The position numbers and the translations under genes are program-made. Below the pieces are notes generated by a model, which was not told where the DNA came from, did not search any database, and was given only the letters and a program-made list of their open reading frames with translations. A stretch of 64,000 bases of DNA from Azolla caroliniana (taxonomy: Eukaryota; Plantae; Polypodiophyta), in contig JBHGNT010000013.1 of NCBI GenBank assembly GCA_043228905.1, positions 9,858,001-9,922,000 on the forward strand, written 5' to 3'. How positions within the stretch are numbered: the first letter of the stretch is position 1; each line of letters starts with the position of its first letter. Of this stretch, positions 46,206-60,800 are shown piece by piece.

Positions 46206-47190
46206 CATAGAACGTAATATTCATGTTCGTGCAAGCATTCAAACGTTTGAAAACGAACACGTTTGAAAAGGGAAAAATACGTACTCCTTTTCTTATTTTC
46301 ATTTTTTTGTATATATATTACAAATTCATCTCACCTTAGTGGTAACAAGACGTGTTGCTATTGTTCATGTGTTGGGTTCAATTTTCGATTTCCACATCTT
46401 CCTTTTAGTTAGTACCATGTCATATCAAAATTTTATGTTAGTGTTATTTTAGATTTTTCTTTTTGTTTACTAATTTTGTTGTTGCAAGTGGTAAGTTGCC
46501 ATGCTACTAATGTTTGTTTTTTGGGTTCAATTCCCAACTTTCTCATATCCTCTTGTTAGTGTCATGGCAAAATTTTATGTTAGTGTCATGTTCCTTTTTT
46601 TTCTTTTACTTTCATTTTTTGTTATTAGAAATTAGCTCATCTTAATGGCAAGTTCTTATGCTACTATTGCCTATGTCATGTTTTCTTCATATTCTCGAAT
46701 ATACATTTTATGAGTTTTTTATCGTTTCTTTTTTTCTTCTTTTTCGATCTTTCTTTGTTATTAGAAATTAACTCACCCTCGTAGTAAGTTGTTATGCTAC
46801 TATTGCCTATGTCATGTTTGCTTCATATTCTTGAATGTACGTTTTATGAGTTTTTGAATGTTTGATTATAATTTATAATGTCATATTTGATTCAATCTCT
46901 TTAGTTCATACTCCTTTTTTTGTAAAGTTCTAAAGTGAGGATCAAGACAAGACATCCCAAAGGTATGCATGTGATACAATGCAAATATTGCAACCATACT
47001 TATGTTGGTGGTTCACAATGGATTAGAGTCCACTTATTGGAATTGAGAGTGAATCAATATATAATATAGACCTTGGTCAATCCAATCAAACTTGTCAACC
47101 CAATCCAACTTTGAGATAATTTACCACACGCGTATGATTGAATCATTCTCGAATGCGAATGCACGTATGATACGTATGGTTCATTCTATG
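46206..47190 (+). mobile_element. Internally deleted hAT element (985 bp) with BED zinc-finger remnant
   Basis: 8-bp TSD ATCCTAAT (46198-46205 / 47191-47198); termini CATAGAA...TTCTATG; ~46935-47040 translates to IQCKYCNHTYVGGSQWIRVHLL. Confidence 0.85.
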
Positions 47191-48425
47191 ATCCTAATAT
47201 ATATTGCTTACATTAATAATGTTCTAACAGCCTGAGCATAGCTTTATGTGTTCTATGTATAGTTGCACTCATCGACGTGCGACCGGCTAGTACTGTCCAC
47301 CCTCCTACCACAAGACATTTGATCCGGATACTTAGGGAGTAAGCATCTAACCCGTGTTATATCGGGAGGGTATCACACAGTTTGGCACACCCGGTTCGAT
47401 CTATGAAGACACAATGACCAGAAGCAAGAAGCGGGATGGATGTCATCTAGCTGAAGTGGGAATGAAGAAACAACGACACATCCATCTAGCTGAAGTGGCA
47501 ATGAAGGAACAACGAGACGCAACGGACCCCGCACTTGGTCAGGATCTTGACGTGTAGAAGAAGAGCTTGTGACGGAATCGGTGCTTCCGAAACAACCGCC
47601 TCAAGGCCTAGAGACTGATTCAGTGGTGTTGGCCGGCTTGGAAACTATGAGCTGCAGTAGTGCCGAGTTTGACTAGTCCGAAAATCCTCCACAACACTCA
47701 AGAGATCGAGACAACAGCCCTCACCAAGAGGAGAGTTAACAATGATCCAAGAGGAGAGGAGAGGAAGACATGATGTCATACCCTTACAACAACGAGGCCG
47801 ATGCTGAAGTGCATGTGCGCGCTTTTCTGACTATGTCGCAAGCCAACCACGTATCACAACGTCTGGCCGCAACCAACACGAATGCGTCAAAGATCGTTGA
47901 GTTCAGCTTATCGCTGGAAGGGCAAGCGGCGAATTGGTATTCACCGCATGCCCTGGATGAGTTCCAAACCTTCCCGCAACTTAGAGAGAAAATCTTACAA
48001 TTGTTTCATTGGCGAAACCCGCATTGACAACTGATGAGTCAATCTATGCGGCGTATCAAGAACCCCAAGAGTCGGTGCCACAATTCATCATCGCTTTCAA
48101 AATCTTAGGCGGCAGTTGGCGCGCTCGCCTCTAGAATTCTTGACGACGTTCGAAGAACCTCGACGAACCACCCTAGCGGTACACACTCGAGCAGTGCGAG
48201 TATAACCTATTGAATAAAGCAACTACCCCAGTACTGCAAATCGAGCCGCAAGACGATCGGATATGGACCAAGGACCGTCTTTGGCGATCGGCCCGTTCAA
48301 GATGATGGCAATCAATAAAGCAGAAAATCAAGAGACAATCTACTCTTGATCGTAATGCACGGATAGAGAAGGATGAAGGAGGAGTGCACGAGAGGAATAA
48401 GGGGTGAATGACAAAGGGATTCAAT

Positions 48426-51400
48426 TGATACAGCAGGGTGGAGATTACAAGAGGAGAGAGAGGTTAATCTCTGCAACAAAGAAAAGGGGTAAAAAACCAC
48501 ACAGAGAGAACACAGACACTCGCTCTCTCACACTCACTAACTCACTCTCTCTCTCTCTCTCCCCACACAACTAAGTGGAAGACCACTTTTGGCCTTTTCA
48601 CACTTAGTATGTATCGGGGATACATGTATAACAATCTCCCACTAAAAGGCCTAAACTAGGAGTAGAAATAATGGAAGGTTGACCTGTATAAGACCTAGAC
48701 CTATACCTCCCACCTGATGGGCATGTTACACAATGTACACAACAAGTGTGTAACGTAAGGTACTAAGTAATGCCCGTCAAGTAACAACAATGCTCCAATG
48801 CATCTTGTGGTAAGGCCTTAGTCAATGCATTTGCAGCATTTTCGCGAGAAACAACCTTCTCAAGGCTAATACAATCATTAGCTATGCATTCCCGAATGAA
48901 ATGGTACCGCACTCCAATATGTTTGGTCTTCGCATGATATACCGGATTCTTAGCCAAAGCAATGGCACTTTGACTATCACAAAACAGTTTGGGTTACATG
49001 TTGCGGTATACCCATGTCACTAGCTAATCGAGACAGCCAAACCGCTTCCTTACATGCCTCACTGGCTGCAACATACTCAACCTGTTGTTGACAATGTGAC
49101 ACAATCTTGAAGACGAGATCTCCAAGCAATAACACCTCCCATAATCTAAAAGATGTGCCCTGAAGTAGATTTCCTACTATCAGCGCATCCGACATAATCT
49201 GAATCTGTGTATCCAATGATAGAGGCATCCCCTTTGCCTAAACAAAGGCACTTATCCTTAGAGCCACTCAGATATCTTAGTATGAACTTGACAGCATCCC
49301 AGTGTTTCTTATCAGGGTTTGACATGAATTGACTTACGGCTCCCATTGCAAATGCAATGTCTGGTCTAGTAGCCACCATGGCATACATAAGACTCCCAAC
49401 TGCGGATTGATAAGGAACCTTGGACATGAATTCCTTGTCCTCATCAAATGTGGGGCAATCACATGTGCTCAGTTTTACATATGTAGGCAATGGAGTGCTC
49501 AACGGCTTTGCATTCTCCATATTAAACCTCTTGAGCACTTTCAATATGTACTCAGCCTGAGACAAGTAAATGCATCGCTTACTCCTATCACGAGTAATAC
49601 GCATACCAAGAATATGTTTTGCATCTCCCAAATCCTTCATGTCAAAATTCTGGCCCAAGTTTTTTTTCAACGAGGATAACTCACCCTTGTTTTTACCAAC
49701 AATAAGCATGTCATCAACATATAGTATCAATGTAATAAAACTCCCATCTGAACAGGTTTTCGTATAAAGACATGCATCCTCATTGCTTCTAGTATATCCT
49801 TGAGTCTTCATAAAAGCATCAAACTTTTGGTACCACAATCTAGGGGACTACTTAAGCCCATACAAACTCTTCTTGAGTTTACATACCAAATGTTCTTTTC
49901 CCGAGACTTCATGACCTTCAGGTTGTTCCATATAAATATCCTCATCAAGATCCTCATGCAAAAAGGTGGTCTTCACATCCATTTGGACTAATTCCAAGTT
50001 CTGATTTGTAGCCAATGAAAGCAACATACGCAATGTAGTCATCTTAACTACAGGAGAAAAAGTTTCATCAAAATCAATTCCATGTTCTTGCTTGAAACCT
50101 TTGGCAACCAAACGTTCTTTATACTTTGGGGAAGCATTATCATATGTATACTTGTACTTGTATACCCATTTGCATGGCAATGCTTTCCTGTCCTTTGGCA
50201 AAGGTACTAGATCCCAAGTACCATTTTTATAAATGCTATCCAATTCATTTTGCATGGCACGCTCCCACTTAGCATGATCATTGGCCAAAATAGCTTCCTT
50301 ATAACAAGAGGGTTCACCACCATCCGTTAACATCACATAGTCTGTGAGCTTAGTAGGTGGCCTAGAGACACGAGTAGATCATCTCATTAGTTACTGAATT
50401 GGAGTCGGACTATTTTCAGGTTGTACACATGCATCCTCATTTTGAACATCCTCATATGGGTGAACATTTATAGGACTGTTTAGCATCGGTGTGGGGTTAT
50501 CCTTTTCCACACTAATAGAGGGTATAACATCCTGAAATGTCACTTTCCTCACTTCCACTTCCTTAATTGGTTGTTTATGCATAATCTTTTCGTTGAAAAC
50601 GACATCACTACTTCTGACTATAGTGTGCGTTTCAAGATCCCACAAACGATATCAAATTGACCATCTATGCCATAGCCAAGGAAAATGCATTTCCTTCTCT
50701 TAAAATCTAGTTTTTGCCTTAATTGTTTTGGAACATGAACATATGCTTCACATCCAAATACCCTAAGATGATCATAGTTTGGGGTTTTTCCTGTCCACAA
50801 CTCTTGCACCGCTTTCAAGCTTTTGGCAGTGCTGGGTGATAGATTTATCACATGGACTGATGTCCGGACTGCTTCAGCCCAAAAACCTTGTGGCATATTT
50901 GCATGATGCAACATAGAAACAACCCTGTCCTGGATGGTTCTATTCATCCTTTCTGCAACACCATTTTGTACTGGAGTGTAAGGGGTAGTAAACTCTCTAC
51001 GTATGCCTCTAGAATCACAAAAATCTCTGAACTCATGAGAGGTATACTCACCTCCATTATTAGAACGTAAAACCTTAAGCTTTATACCCTTTTCAGTCTC
51101 AACCGAGGCAAGCCATTTTCTGAAAACAGAGTATACATCACCCTTTTGTTTTATGGGATACACCCAAACATTTCTTGTGGCATCATCAATAAATGTAATA
51201 AAGTACAAAGCTCCACCCAATGATCTGGTAGGTATAGGGCCACATACATCCGTATGAACTAGATCCAAGGGTTGAGTAGACGAATCAGAATTAATATTCT
51301 AATGCACACTTCTAGTTTGTTTACCATATTGACAATGCTCACAAACTGAAAAATTTGAAAATGATAACATAGGTAAATAGCCAAAATGTGATAATCTTTC

Positions 51401-53412
51401 CATTCCAGTACGAGACATGTGACCTAAACGGCCATGCCAAATACACGTCATAGGTTGTTCTGTGACTATCAAAAGATGCTCCTTTTGATGGACAACTAAA
51501 GGATAAAGTGAACCAACTTTGTTCCCTTTAGCAATAACCATATTTCCTTTCGTAATACGAAAGGACTGGGCAGCAAAAATCACTTTAAAAACAATGTTAT
51601 CAAGTTGTCCAACAGACATTAAGCTACGAGTTAGCTCGGACTATACCAAGTGATTTAGCTTCGTATCGTGTGAACCACTCTCTATGTGGAGTCACATGAA
51701 ATGAAGCACCAGAGTCCAACAACCATGTATGAGCAAACGCATGAGCAATATTAGTCTCAGCATAGGTAGCATCATCATCCATGACCAAGATGTCAACACC
51801 ATCATTGCATGCAACATTTATTTCCTCTATTTTCAACGAAGATGATGAACCAACCAATTGTTTAACATGCCCATCACCATGAGTTTTACTCTTTTCCTTT
51901 TCTTTGTTCTTCAAGGCATAACAGTCTTTCTTAATATGACCCTTCTTGTGGCAATAATGGCATTCCACAAGTCTCTTCCTAGACTTACTTCTACTCTTGT
52001 CATGATTTCCATGACTATTTCTGCTTTGGCTTCTACCACATTGCTGGTTTTTACCATAACCAGAATCTCGAACATTATATGCATCTCCAACTTGTGAGGA
52101 AACCATAGATTTCCTACGTATTTCTTCACCCAATGGTGCTCCACTTATGTCATTATACACCAATTTCCCATTTGGTAAACTAGCACTAATAGCGGTGCAA
52201 AATGTGTCCCATGAGCTAGGCAATGTGCATAGCAAAAATAGCTTTCAACTCATCATCCATGGTCATTTTCTGAGATTGCAATTGCGACCATAATGCATCA
52301 AACTGATTTAAATGAGACGCAATACTATCTGTATCCTTCATACAAAGGTCATATAACTTTCTCATCAAATACACCTTGTTTGCTGCAATCTCCTTCTCAT
52401 AGATATTGCATAGTTTTTTCCAAAGTTCTTCGGAGTTTTGGCTATCTAAAACAGTAAAGTAGACACTATCCGCCAAGTGCAGTCTTATAGTGGACATAGT
52501 CAAGGCATCAAGTTCCTCCCAATCATCATCATCCATGTCATTCGGTTTCTTCGCTTTCCCGCCGGGGGGCCTAGTTTGCTTTCTTTGAACCAATACATCA
52601 TGCATCTGATTCTTCCACAAAGCAAAATTAGATCCATCGAATTTCCGGATCTCAATATGATCTTTTCCCAAAATTGAATAGTTCTTACTTGAACTATTAC
52701 GAGCAACATAAGTGCTACTAGATACATCCAACATTTGAGACTCCATAGGAGTGAACGACAATATCAAGCAATGATTGGGCAACAAAAAACTAGTAACCAA
52801 CTAGCTTATGGCAAACTGTCAAAGATTGATACCCAATATTTCGTGCAACGCGCACCACTGGAAGAATACAACTTCCAAAATATCAACAGTGAACTGTCAA
52901 AGAGGGCTGATACCACTCTTGCATATAACAAGCACCACTTCAAGACATATAATTTCCAAAATGTCAACAATATTGGCTAACATACATCTCCCAATCACAA
53001 ATTGTAGGCAACTGTTATGTTATACATTCACGTTGACCCCAAATTTCTCTTCCAAATGTAGCAACGACATTGACTCAGATACATCTCCCGAACCACAAAC
53101 TGTAGGCATCGGCTTTGCTATGCATTCACATTAACCCCAAATCTCTCTTGCAAATGTGGTAGGGGTCTCTCCCACCACAGCTTATTTCCACCCAAGAAAT
53201 GTTTCGGATATGATGGATAATTAGAGAGTTTAACTAAGGGAAATACCTGTGAATAGCATGTTCCTTTCTTCAATGTCGATGATGCTAGAGACCAACAGTA
53301 GGTAGATGCTTCAGCGGAGCCCGATACTCCTACGCCGCTACGAGTCTCAAACGCTTGTTGTTTCCGACTCCAAATCTTCCCTCGTTGTCTCTCTTGCTCT
53401 GATACCACTGAT
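48426..53412 (-). mobile_element. Copia K, degenerate (iMet PBS 53396-53407; gag-pol ~48763-52746; probable 3' LTR 48426-48633)
   Basis: KFDGSNFALWK, CHYCHKKGH, WLLDSGAS, HTDVCGP, YVDD, AKNPVYHAKTKHI; 5' LTR essentially missing. Confidence 0.88.
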
Positions 53413-53469
53413 GACAATCAATAGAGCATATTGTCTCTTGATTTTGTGCTCTATTGATTGTCATCACAA

Positions 53470-56400
53470 GAGACGACGAGAGACCGGGGCCGACAAATGA
53501 TAGATATTGGGATGACGACTACAGAAGAGATGATTGAGACAGATATGAGCATGATTGAGACAGATATGAGCATGATTGCTCACCCCGATACGATAGACGG
53601 CCATTTACCAATAAAAGAGGGGGATTCGTAGGATCAACGACAGATGGAAGATAATCGGCCAAACACTTGCCGACCTCAACCACATAACAAACGGAGGGAC
53701 GATTGTCGATGGCCTCGACAAGCGAGGCCGTTCCAATGCAACTCTTGGGCACAATCGAATAGATAGTAAGCCCAGCCACAGCTGGCGCAAATGGAAAGAG
53801 GGTAGTCAGGATCGGCAAACCTCATATGTTATAACTGTCAAAAACCTGTCCATTACACGAATCGATGCCCGGAGGGGGTCTGTGGTAAAGACCCAACCGT
53901 AAACATGATCACGGCCAAGGTACAGTAGGTGACCACCCGCAGTAAAACAAAGCAGTTCAAGTGGGATGCTCAGGACGAAATCTGAAAAGCGCCGAAGTTC
54001 TGGTTCAAATAAGCCAACAGTGTGAATGCCAATCATATGCAAAACGAGATGCAAAACATTACAATCGGCAAACCCCAATCGCAACAACAACACTGGATGG
54101 ATGGCCGATGAACCGATCGGAGGAGGAGAAGACCCTTTTAATATAATAAACGATTTACAGTTTCCCTCACTCTCTCTATCTCTTGTCTCTCTATTGTCTT
54201 CTCAACATGGTATCAGAGCGTTAGGCTCTCTCCAACCACCTTCCTCTTTCCTTTCCTCCTCATTCATAGACGGTGCTCTTGCCATTAGTTGATCCGGACA
54301 ACTATGGCACAACACGCACATGGCACACCTATTTCTACACCTAATCCATCTACCCCGTCACTCGGTTCGATATGGGCCCAGGTTCTTCAACAACGCAAGA
54401 CACTACTCCGCTTGCCCCCACCACTACGAGAAGTTACAATCTTGACAAACTCACATGCCCCAACTACCTTACATGGGCCACACAGATGACACTGATGCTC
54501 AAACGAACTGACATGTGGAATGTGGTGAGTGGCACAACTCAACCCACCGAAACCAATAACACTGAATGCATGGCAAAAGATCTCCAAGCCCAAGTAGAAC
54601 TCATGTTCCACCTTGGAGACCCGCAAGTGCAAATGGTCCAACGTTGCAACACCTTAGTGGAAATTTGGAAAATACTCTGAAGCATTTATCATCATGAAGA
54701 TTTGATCACCCAAGTCGCATCGCTCAAAAAGCTCCTCGTTTCCTCCGTCACAGAAAACCAAGAAATCACCAAATTTCTTGATGAATGGCACATCTTACTC
54801 GACAATGCTCTCCTCTCGGGACTGCAATTGGATTCAAATCTCCAAGCCATGTTACTCCTAGAGGCATTGCCCTCCTTTGGCGACCGTTTATAACCACTCA
54901 AGCAACAATGGCAGGCCTCACGGTCGGATCTCTTATGGCACGCATCCACCAAGAAGAAATCATGTGAAATGGTGCTCATCACTCAAATGCAACTTTTTCA
55001 ACACCGTCGACGCAATATGTGCAACGACAACCTAACTTCAACAGGGGTCCGTCCTTTCGAAGGAACAACAACAACTCGTGACCTGCCATCACTTCAACAA
55101 AAGTTTGTACATATTGTGGACGCCATGGACATCTTGAACGTGAGTGCCGCACCAAGCGCCGTGAACAACTGAACCAACCACAACAACATGGACGACGTCC
55201 TAGACCACACCTCCAACAACTAAATGTGCCCAAAGTTGGCCAATATGGTATGGAAACATTACAACTCTTTACATCATTACTAATAGTTCCGACTGTCTTT
55301 CACACACCACGGATATATCCGAATGGGTACTCGACACTGGTGCAACTCACCACATGACACCACAAAAGCATTAGCTCCGCGACTACAAGCATCTTTCAAG
55401 TACCATGCACATCAACCTCAGGAACAACCAATTCCTCACAGCCATTGGTGTTGGGAATCTTCACGTCACTCTACCAAGTGGAGCAAACGTCAACATCTAC
55501 AATGTGTATCACATCCCGAGTCTTAGCCGGAATATACTTTTGGTTACAACGGCTACCTCAAGTGGATCTTCCATTGAGTTCTTCCATGACTCATGTATTA
55601 TTCACTTCAAGCTCCCCAATGGACAATTTGAAATTATAAAATTACCTCAAAAGGACCATTTGTATCCGTTAGCGATATCTATGTCTAATCCTCAATTTGT
55701 AATTGGTCACACCTCCATCCATTCTCTTCACATGGCTAAAGCTGTGTCCACCCTTGTGTGGCACTATAGGTTTGGTCCCATAAATAGTGTCACACTACAT
55801 CGCATGGTGAAAGATAAGCTTTGTGTCGGCTTTCCATCCTATCTAAACCCAATAGAATTGTGTGAAGGTTTCATTTTAGGAAAATCTAGCCACAAAAGTC
55901 ACCAAACATCACTTAAAAAATCCACACAATTGAACCAACTAGTGCATAGTGACCTTTGTGGACCCATGGAAACGAGCTCACTCTCGAGCTCCCATTATTT
56001 TCTCACCTTCATTGATGATTTTAGCAGGTATACAACCGTGTACTTCCTCAAGAAAAAGTCTAAAGTACTCACATACTTCAAAGAGTATTGCAACCTCGTA
56101 ATCCATCAACATGAGCTCCCAATCCAAGCACTTTGTTCCGACAATGGTGGAGAATATGGCTCAAATGTGTTTGAGGCGTTTTGTAAAGACGAAGGCATCC
56201 AACAACAATTCACAGTTCCATACACACCTCAACAAAATGGTGTGTCCAAACAGAAGAATCAAACCCTCGTTGGTGCAACTAGAGCCATGCTCCTTACGGC
56301 GGGACTACCAATAACCTATTGGGAAGAGGCAGTTGCGACAACATGTTATGTGCAAAATCGAGTTTTGCATGCCAACGACCCCAAAACTACACCATATTTT

Positions 56401-57845
56401 CATTGGTTCGGTAAGCTACCTAACGTTCAACATCTACGAATCTTTGGATGTGTAGCGTACCCAATGAAAGTGTTGGACCTAAGAAAGAAGTTGGACCCAA
56501 CAAGCACGTGAATGATCTTTGTGGGCTACGGTGACCGATTTGGCGTCAAAGCATATCGATTGTATGAACCGGAGCAACGAAAATTTAACTTCAATGAAAC
56601 CTCTCTCATTAGTCTCGAACAAGAAAGCCGCAACCCCATAACACCATTAACCCCATCATCCACCACACCAACTATTCCACTCTCTACTCTAAAAAGACAC
56701 CCTCAAGTTGAATGGGAAGAATTCTCACAACTCACCCCACTCCCACCACAAACTCCCACTCCAATTGTCCCAACAACAACCACAACACCACCAACGTTAC
56801 ATACCCCCACATCTGCAACACCAAAAGCCCCTCCTTAGTCCTTTGGACAAAAAACCAAATCCCTTTTATTCCTTACTTCTACAAATTCATCATCCCCTAA
56901 TACCACCATAAGCAAACAATCGACCCCTAGTAGACCACTACATACAATTATACCAATAAAATCTACCCATCAACCTTCTCTCCTAGGACCAATCCCCAAG
57001 GTTCGTCCTCCCAAAGCTTTGAAAATTTGATCTTTGAAGGAGATCTATGAACAAACAAACCTCACTTCTATAAAACTAGAAAAGCATATCCATCCATCAC
57101 TAGACTCCACTATATTTGATCCCTTAGATATATTCTACCAACAAATGATCCAAGATCCATCCTCCGACCATGATCTTCAATTACTAAATCTTGAATCTTT
57201 TGATGATTTTAATATACAGGAAGCACTCTCGAGAACTGAAGTGACTTCATGGCATGAAGCCATGGACTCGGAGTACCAATCTCTCATGGAGAATGGTACA
57301 TGGCAACTAGTACCACAACTGCCAGATCGAAAATTGGTATCGTGCAAGTGGCTCCTCCGGAAGAAGTTTAATGCAGATGGCTCGATCTCACGTTACAAAG
57401 CTCGACTTATGGCGCGAGGATTTTCAGAAGTACCTGGCATGGAGTATAACGAGACCTTCTCTCCCGTCCTCTGGAAGACCTCATTCCGAGCGTTACTCGC
57501 CATTGTTGCGCAACTTCATCTCCTCGTCCATCAAATGGATGTTCGGACAACATTTCTACATGGAAACCTACATGAAGAGATCTATATGGAGCAACCACCT
57601 GGTTACATATCTAAAGATTACCCTACCTATGTATGTAGATTAAACAAATCACTATACGGACTAAAACAGTCGCCATGTCAATGGTACGAACGGTTTAACT
57701 CATGTATGTCAACCCTAGGATATGTTCGTTTTCAATCCAACCCTAATGTATATAGCCGAAATGGCCCAAATGTAATACTCCTAGCCATTTACGTAGATGA
57801 CATCCTAATCCTATCCAACTCTGAAAATACACTATCTAATCCTAC
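53470..57845 (+). mobile_element. Copia L, degenerate and 3'-truncated within RT (LTR ends 54207; PBS 54208-54219)
   Basis: ...TCTCAACA|TGGTATCAGAGC; HSDLCGP, SDNGGEY, YVDD; LTR start not resolved. Confidence 0.85.
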
Positions 57846-57879
57846 GAAAAGTGACATCATTAATTTTTCTGATAATACG

Positions 57880-60800
57880 GAAAGGACCTAATCGTCGATA
57901 ATCCAATTTATCGCTTTGTCGAGTAGTCTTGATGTGTTGTCATAATAGCCATACCCTATTTCCAATGTCAAAACAAGATAGAAGCCGATGAATATCCACA
58001 TAAACCTTCTGTGTTTGTTGAGCTTAATGTAAATGGGTAGATAGGTCTACCTATATCTTGCGTAGCCACTCCAAATGATCCTCTGCACAAGGATTTGGGG
58101 GTAACTCTAGAGTTTCGAACACACACCATCGAGGATGATAGCCTGTATAAGCATAAAATGGTGGATGAGTGGATAGAGTTATTATAAGCAAATTCGGCAA
58201 AGTGGAGAATATCCGCCCAATCATCTTGTTGATAGTTTAGAAAACACTGATGATATTGTTCCAACGTTTGATTTGTTCGTTCTTCTTGGTCGTCTATTTG
58301 AGGGTGATAGCAAGAGGAGAGGTTACAAGTGACCTTGAGCATTTTGAAGACATGCTTCCAGAATTTCGAGACGAATTGAGGTTCACAGTCGTTGAAGATA
58401 CTATCCGAGAGGCCATGATGCCGAAATGCCTCACGCTTGACAATTTTGGCGATTTCTTCACTAGTGATTGCCTTAGTACAAGGCAGGAAATGTGCCATCT
58501 TAATATATCAACCACTATTGTTAAGATCACATTGAATCCCTTTGAAATTGGAAGATTTGTCATAAAATCTAGAGAAATGGACTGCCACGGCTTGCTTGGA
58601 ATTGGTAATGGTTCCAATAAACCATATAGATGATGTCTTGACATCTTTGCTCTACAACATGTATCATATGTCCCAACATAGTCTTCGACAAATCGTTGCA
58701 TATGAGGCCACCAAAATGATCATTGTACTAAATCCAATGTTTTAATTCTACCAAAATGTCCAGTTGTATATGTGTCATGACAGTTTTGGACTACACGACG
58801 ACAAGAGCCATTGGGAACATACAAGAGTTTCTTAAAGAATAGTAATCCATCATGACATTCGAATTGACGATAGTCCGTCCCTGGTTGTTGCGACTGTGAA
58901 CAGGTTGCCCGCGAGGGATCAATTTGCGCTAGAATGGCTTGAGCGAAAGCGTCTGTCTTCAAGTTTTCACGTATGGTCTCGATAATGCGGGAATCCAATG
59001 GAGTGTCAAAACCCTACGTTGCTTGTAGTCGTGTTGGTCCTAGGATGACTTGCTTTTGATTATCGAATGTTGGATCACTGGGACAAGTTGCTAGATACGA
59101 GCGTTGTGATAATGTATTTGCCTTCCCTTGTTGCTTCCCAGGATGATATGTAATTTTGAAGTTGAAACAAGTGAGGAATTGGGCCCACCGAGCTTGTCGT
59201 CGATTTAATACACGAGCATTTCGGAAATAAGCAAGGTTTTTGTGATCACTGAATACAGTGACTTGATGAGAAGATCCCTCTAAACAATGCCTCCATTGTG
59301 CAAAAGAGTTCACTATTGCCAATACCTCCTTGTCATGTATCTCGTCGGTGATTTTGGTGGCACAAACTTGCGCGAGTGGAAAGCCATAAGATGTAGTTTT
59401 TCATCATCGCCTTGTTGTGATAGAATGCTACCAAGGACGAAATCTGACACATCTGCCTCCATGACGAATGGTTTTTTCGGATTAACATGAGGTAGAATAG
59501 GAGCTGATGTAAATGTTTTCTTAAGACTTACAAAAGTCGTGTCCGCTTCCTTAGAGCAAACAAATGATTGCCCCTTCTTGGTAAGTTGTGTGAGAGGCAA
59601 AATAAGCTTTGAGTAGTCCTCTATAAACTTGCGGTAGAAATTTTCGAAGCCTAAAAAACATTGCACATCTCGCAATGAATGGGGAGTTTGCCACTCTACC
59701 ACAGTTTTGACCTTAGCTAGATCCATGGAGATGCCTTCTGAGGAGATGACATAGGCTAGAAATTCCACTTGGTTGCACCAAAAAACTACATTTTTCCAGT
59801 TTTGCATAAAGACCATGTTCTTGAAGTCGTTTTAGTACTAATAGTACATGAGAATCATGCTCTTCTTGAGTCTTCAAATTAACTAGCAGATCATCCAAAT
59901 AGATGATCAAACAGATATCCAAGAGATCTCGGAATATATCATTTTCCATGTGTTGGACGATTGTTGGCGCATTGGTGAGATCGAATGGCATAACCATATA
60001 CTCGAAGTGCCTGTATAACCATTCTCCCAGTCGGATCCGTACGAGGTTATATGTGCCTCGTTAAGTCAATATTTGTGAAGAACTTTGCACCATTAATCCG
60101 TTCTAAAAGACTCGAGATAATGGGAAGTGCATACCTATCCCTAATGGTGACCTTATTCAAGCCACGATAATCCATGACAAGACGAAGTGATCCATCCTTT
60201 TTCTTGACAAAGAAAATGGGTGTGCCGGATGGAGATTTTGAATGTCGAATGAACCCATTTGCCAAATTCTCCTCTATGTAGGCTCGAAGGACTTCTAGCT
60301 CCGTTGGTGACAAGTTGTAGATCAGTCCCCATGGTGGTTCTTTTCCTGGTTGTAAATCAATGGGACAATCATACGGTCGATGATGAGGAAGAGTACTAGC
60401 TTGTACCTTATGAAACACATCGGCATAATGACGATACTTCTCTGGAAGTTGAACTACGGATTCCTCTTTAGTGGTGCTGGAAGGTTTTAGTGATACTGCG
60501 AATACAAATATTGATTCCTTACATCCTTCCTTACGCAATTGATGTAGCGAAATAGTTAAAACCTTATGAGTAAATTCTCGAGGTTGTTGATAACGGATTT
60601 CTCGTGTTCTCTAATCTATGTCCGGATTGTGTAACTCGAACCATGGTTACCCTAAAACAATGGGATGTTTTGGACTACTAATTATATTGAATGATACTAC
60701 ACATGCCAGATTATCTAGGACAACACTAATTGGCTTTGATTCTTCTACGATATTTCTGGAAGCAATGGGGCGACCATCAATGACTACTATAGAGGCTGGA

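Larger units (their letters stand above)
40110..47229 (-). mobile_element. Rearranged Copia J composite (degenerate gag-pol ~40616-45870; LTR 40371-40594)
   Basis: KLNENNYRMWK gag, CRYCGKVGH, WLFDIGA, RSDNGGEY, LDVETAFLHG, ALSSTEAEY; iMet-type PBS at 40358-40370 (-). Confidence 0.88.
39335..48190 (+). mobile_element. Tat-like Gypsy relic (5' LTR ~39335-40046, PBS TGGCACGCCCGGT, gag remnant 47446-48190), interrupted by Copia J
   Basis: TGTAAC start; PBS of the TGGCACGCCC type at 40052; gag motif AEVHVRAFL...SLEGQAANWYS. Confidence 0.6.

Noticed and set aside
52905-52915. Second iMet PBS-like site in the Copia K leader
   Set aside because: Only a 9-nt match with no LTR end beside it; the 53396-53407 site is the better PBS.
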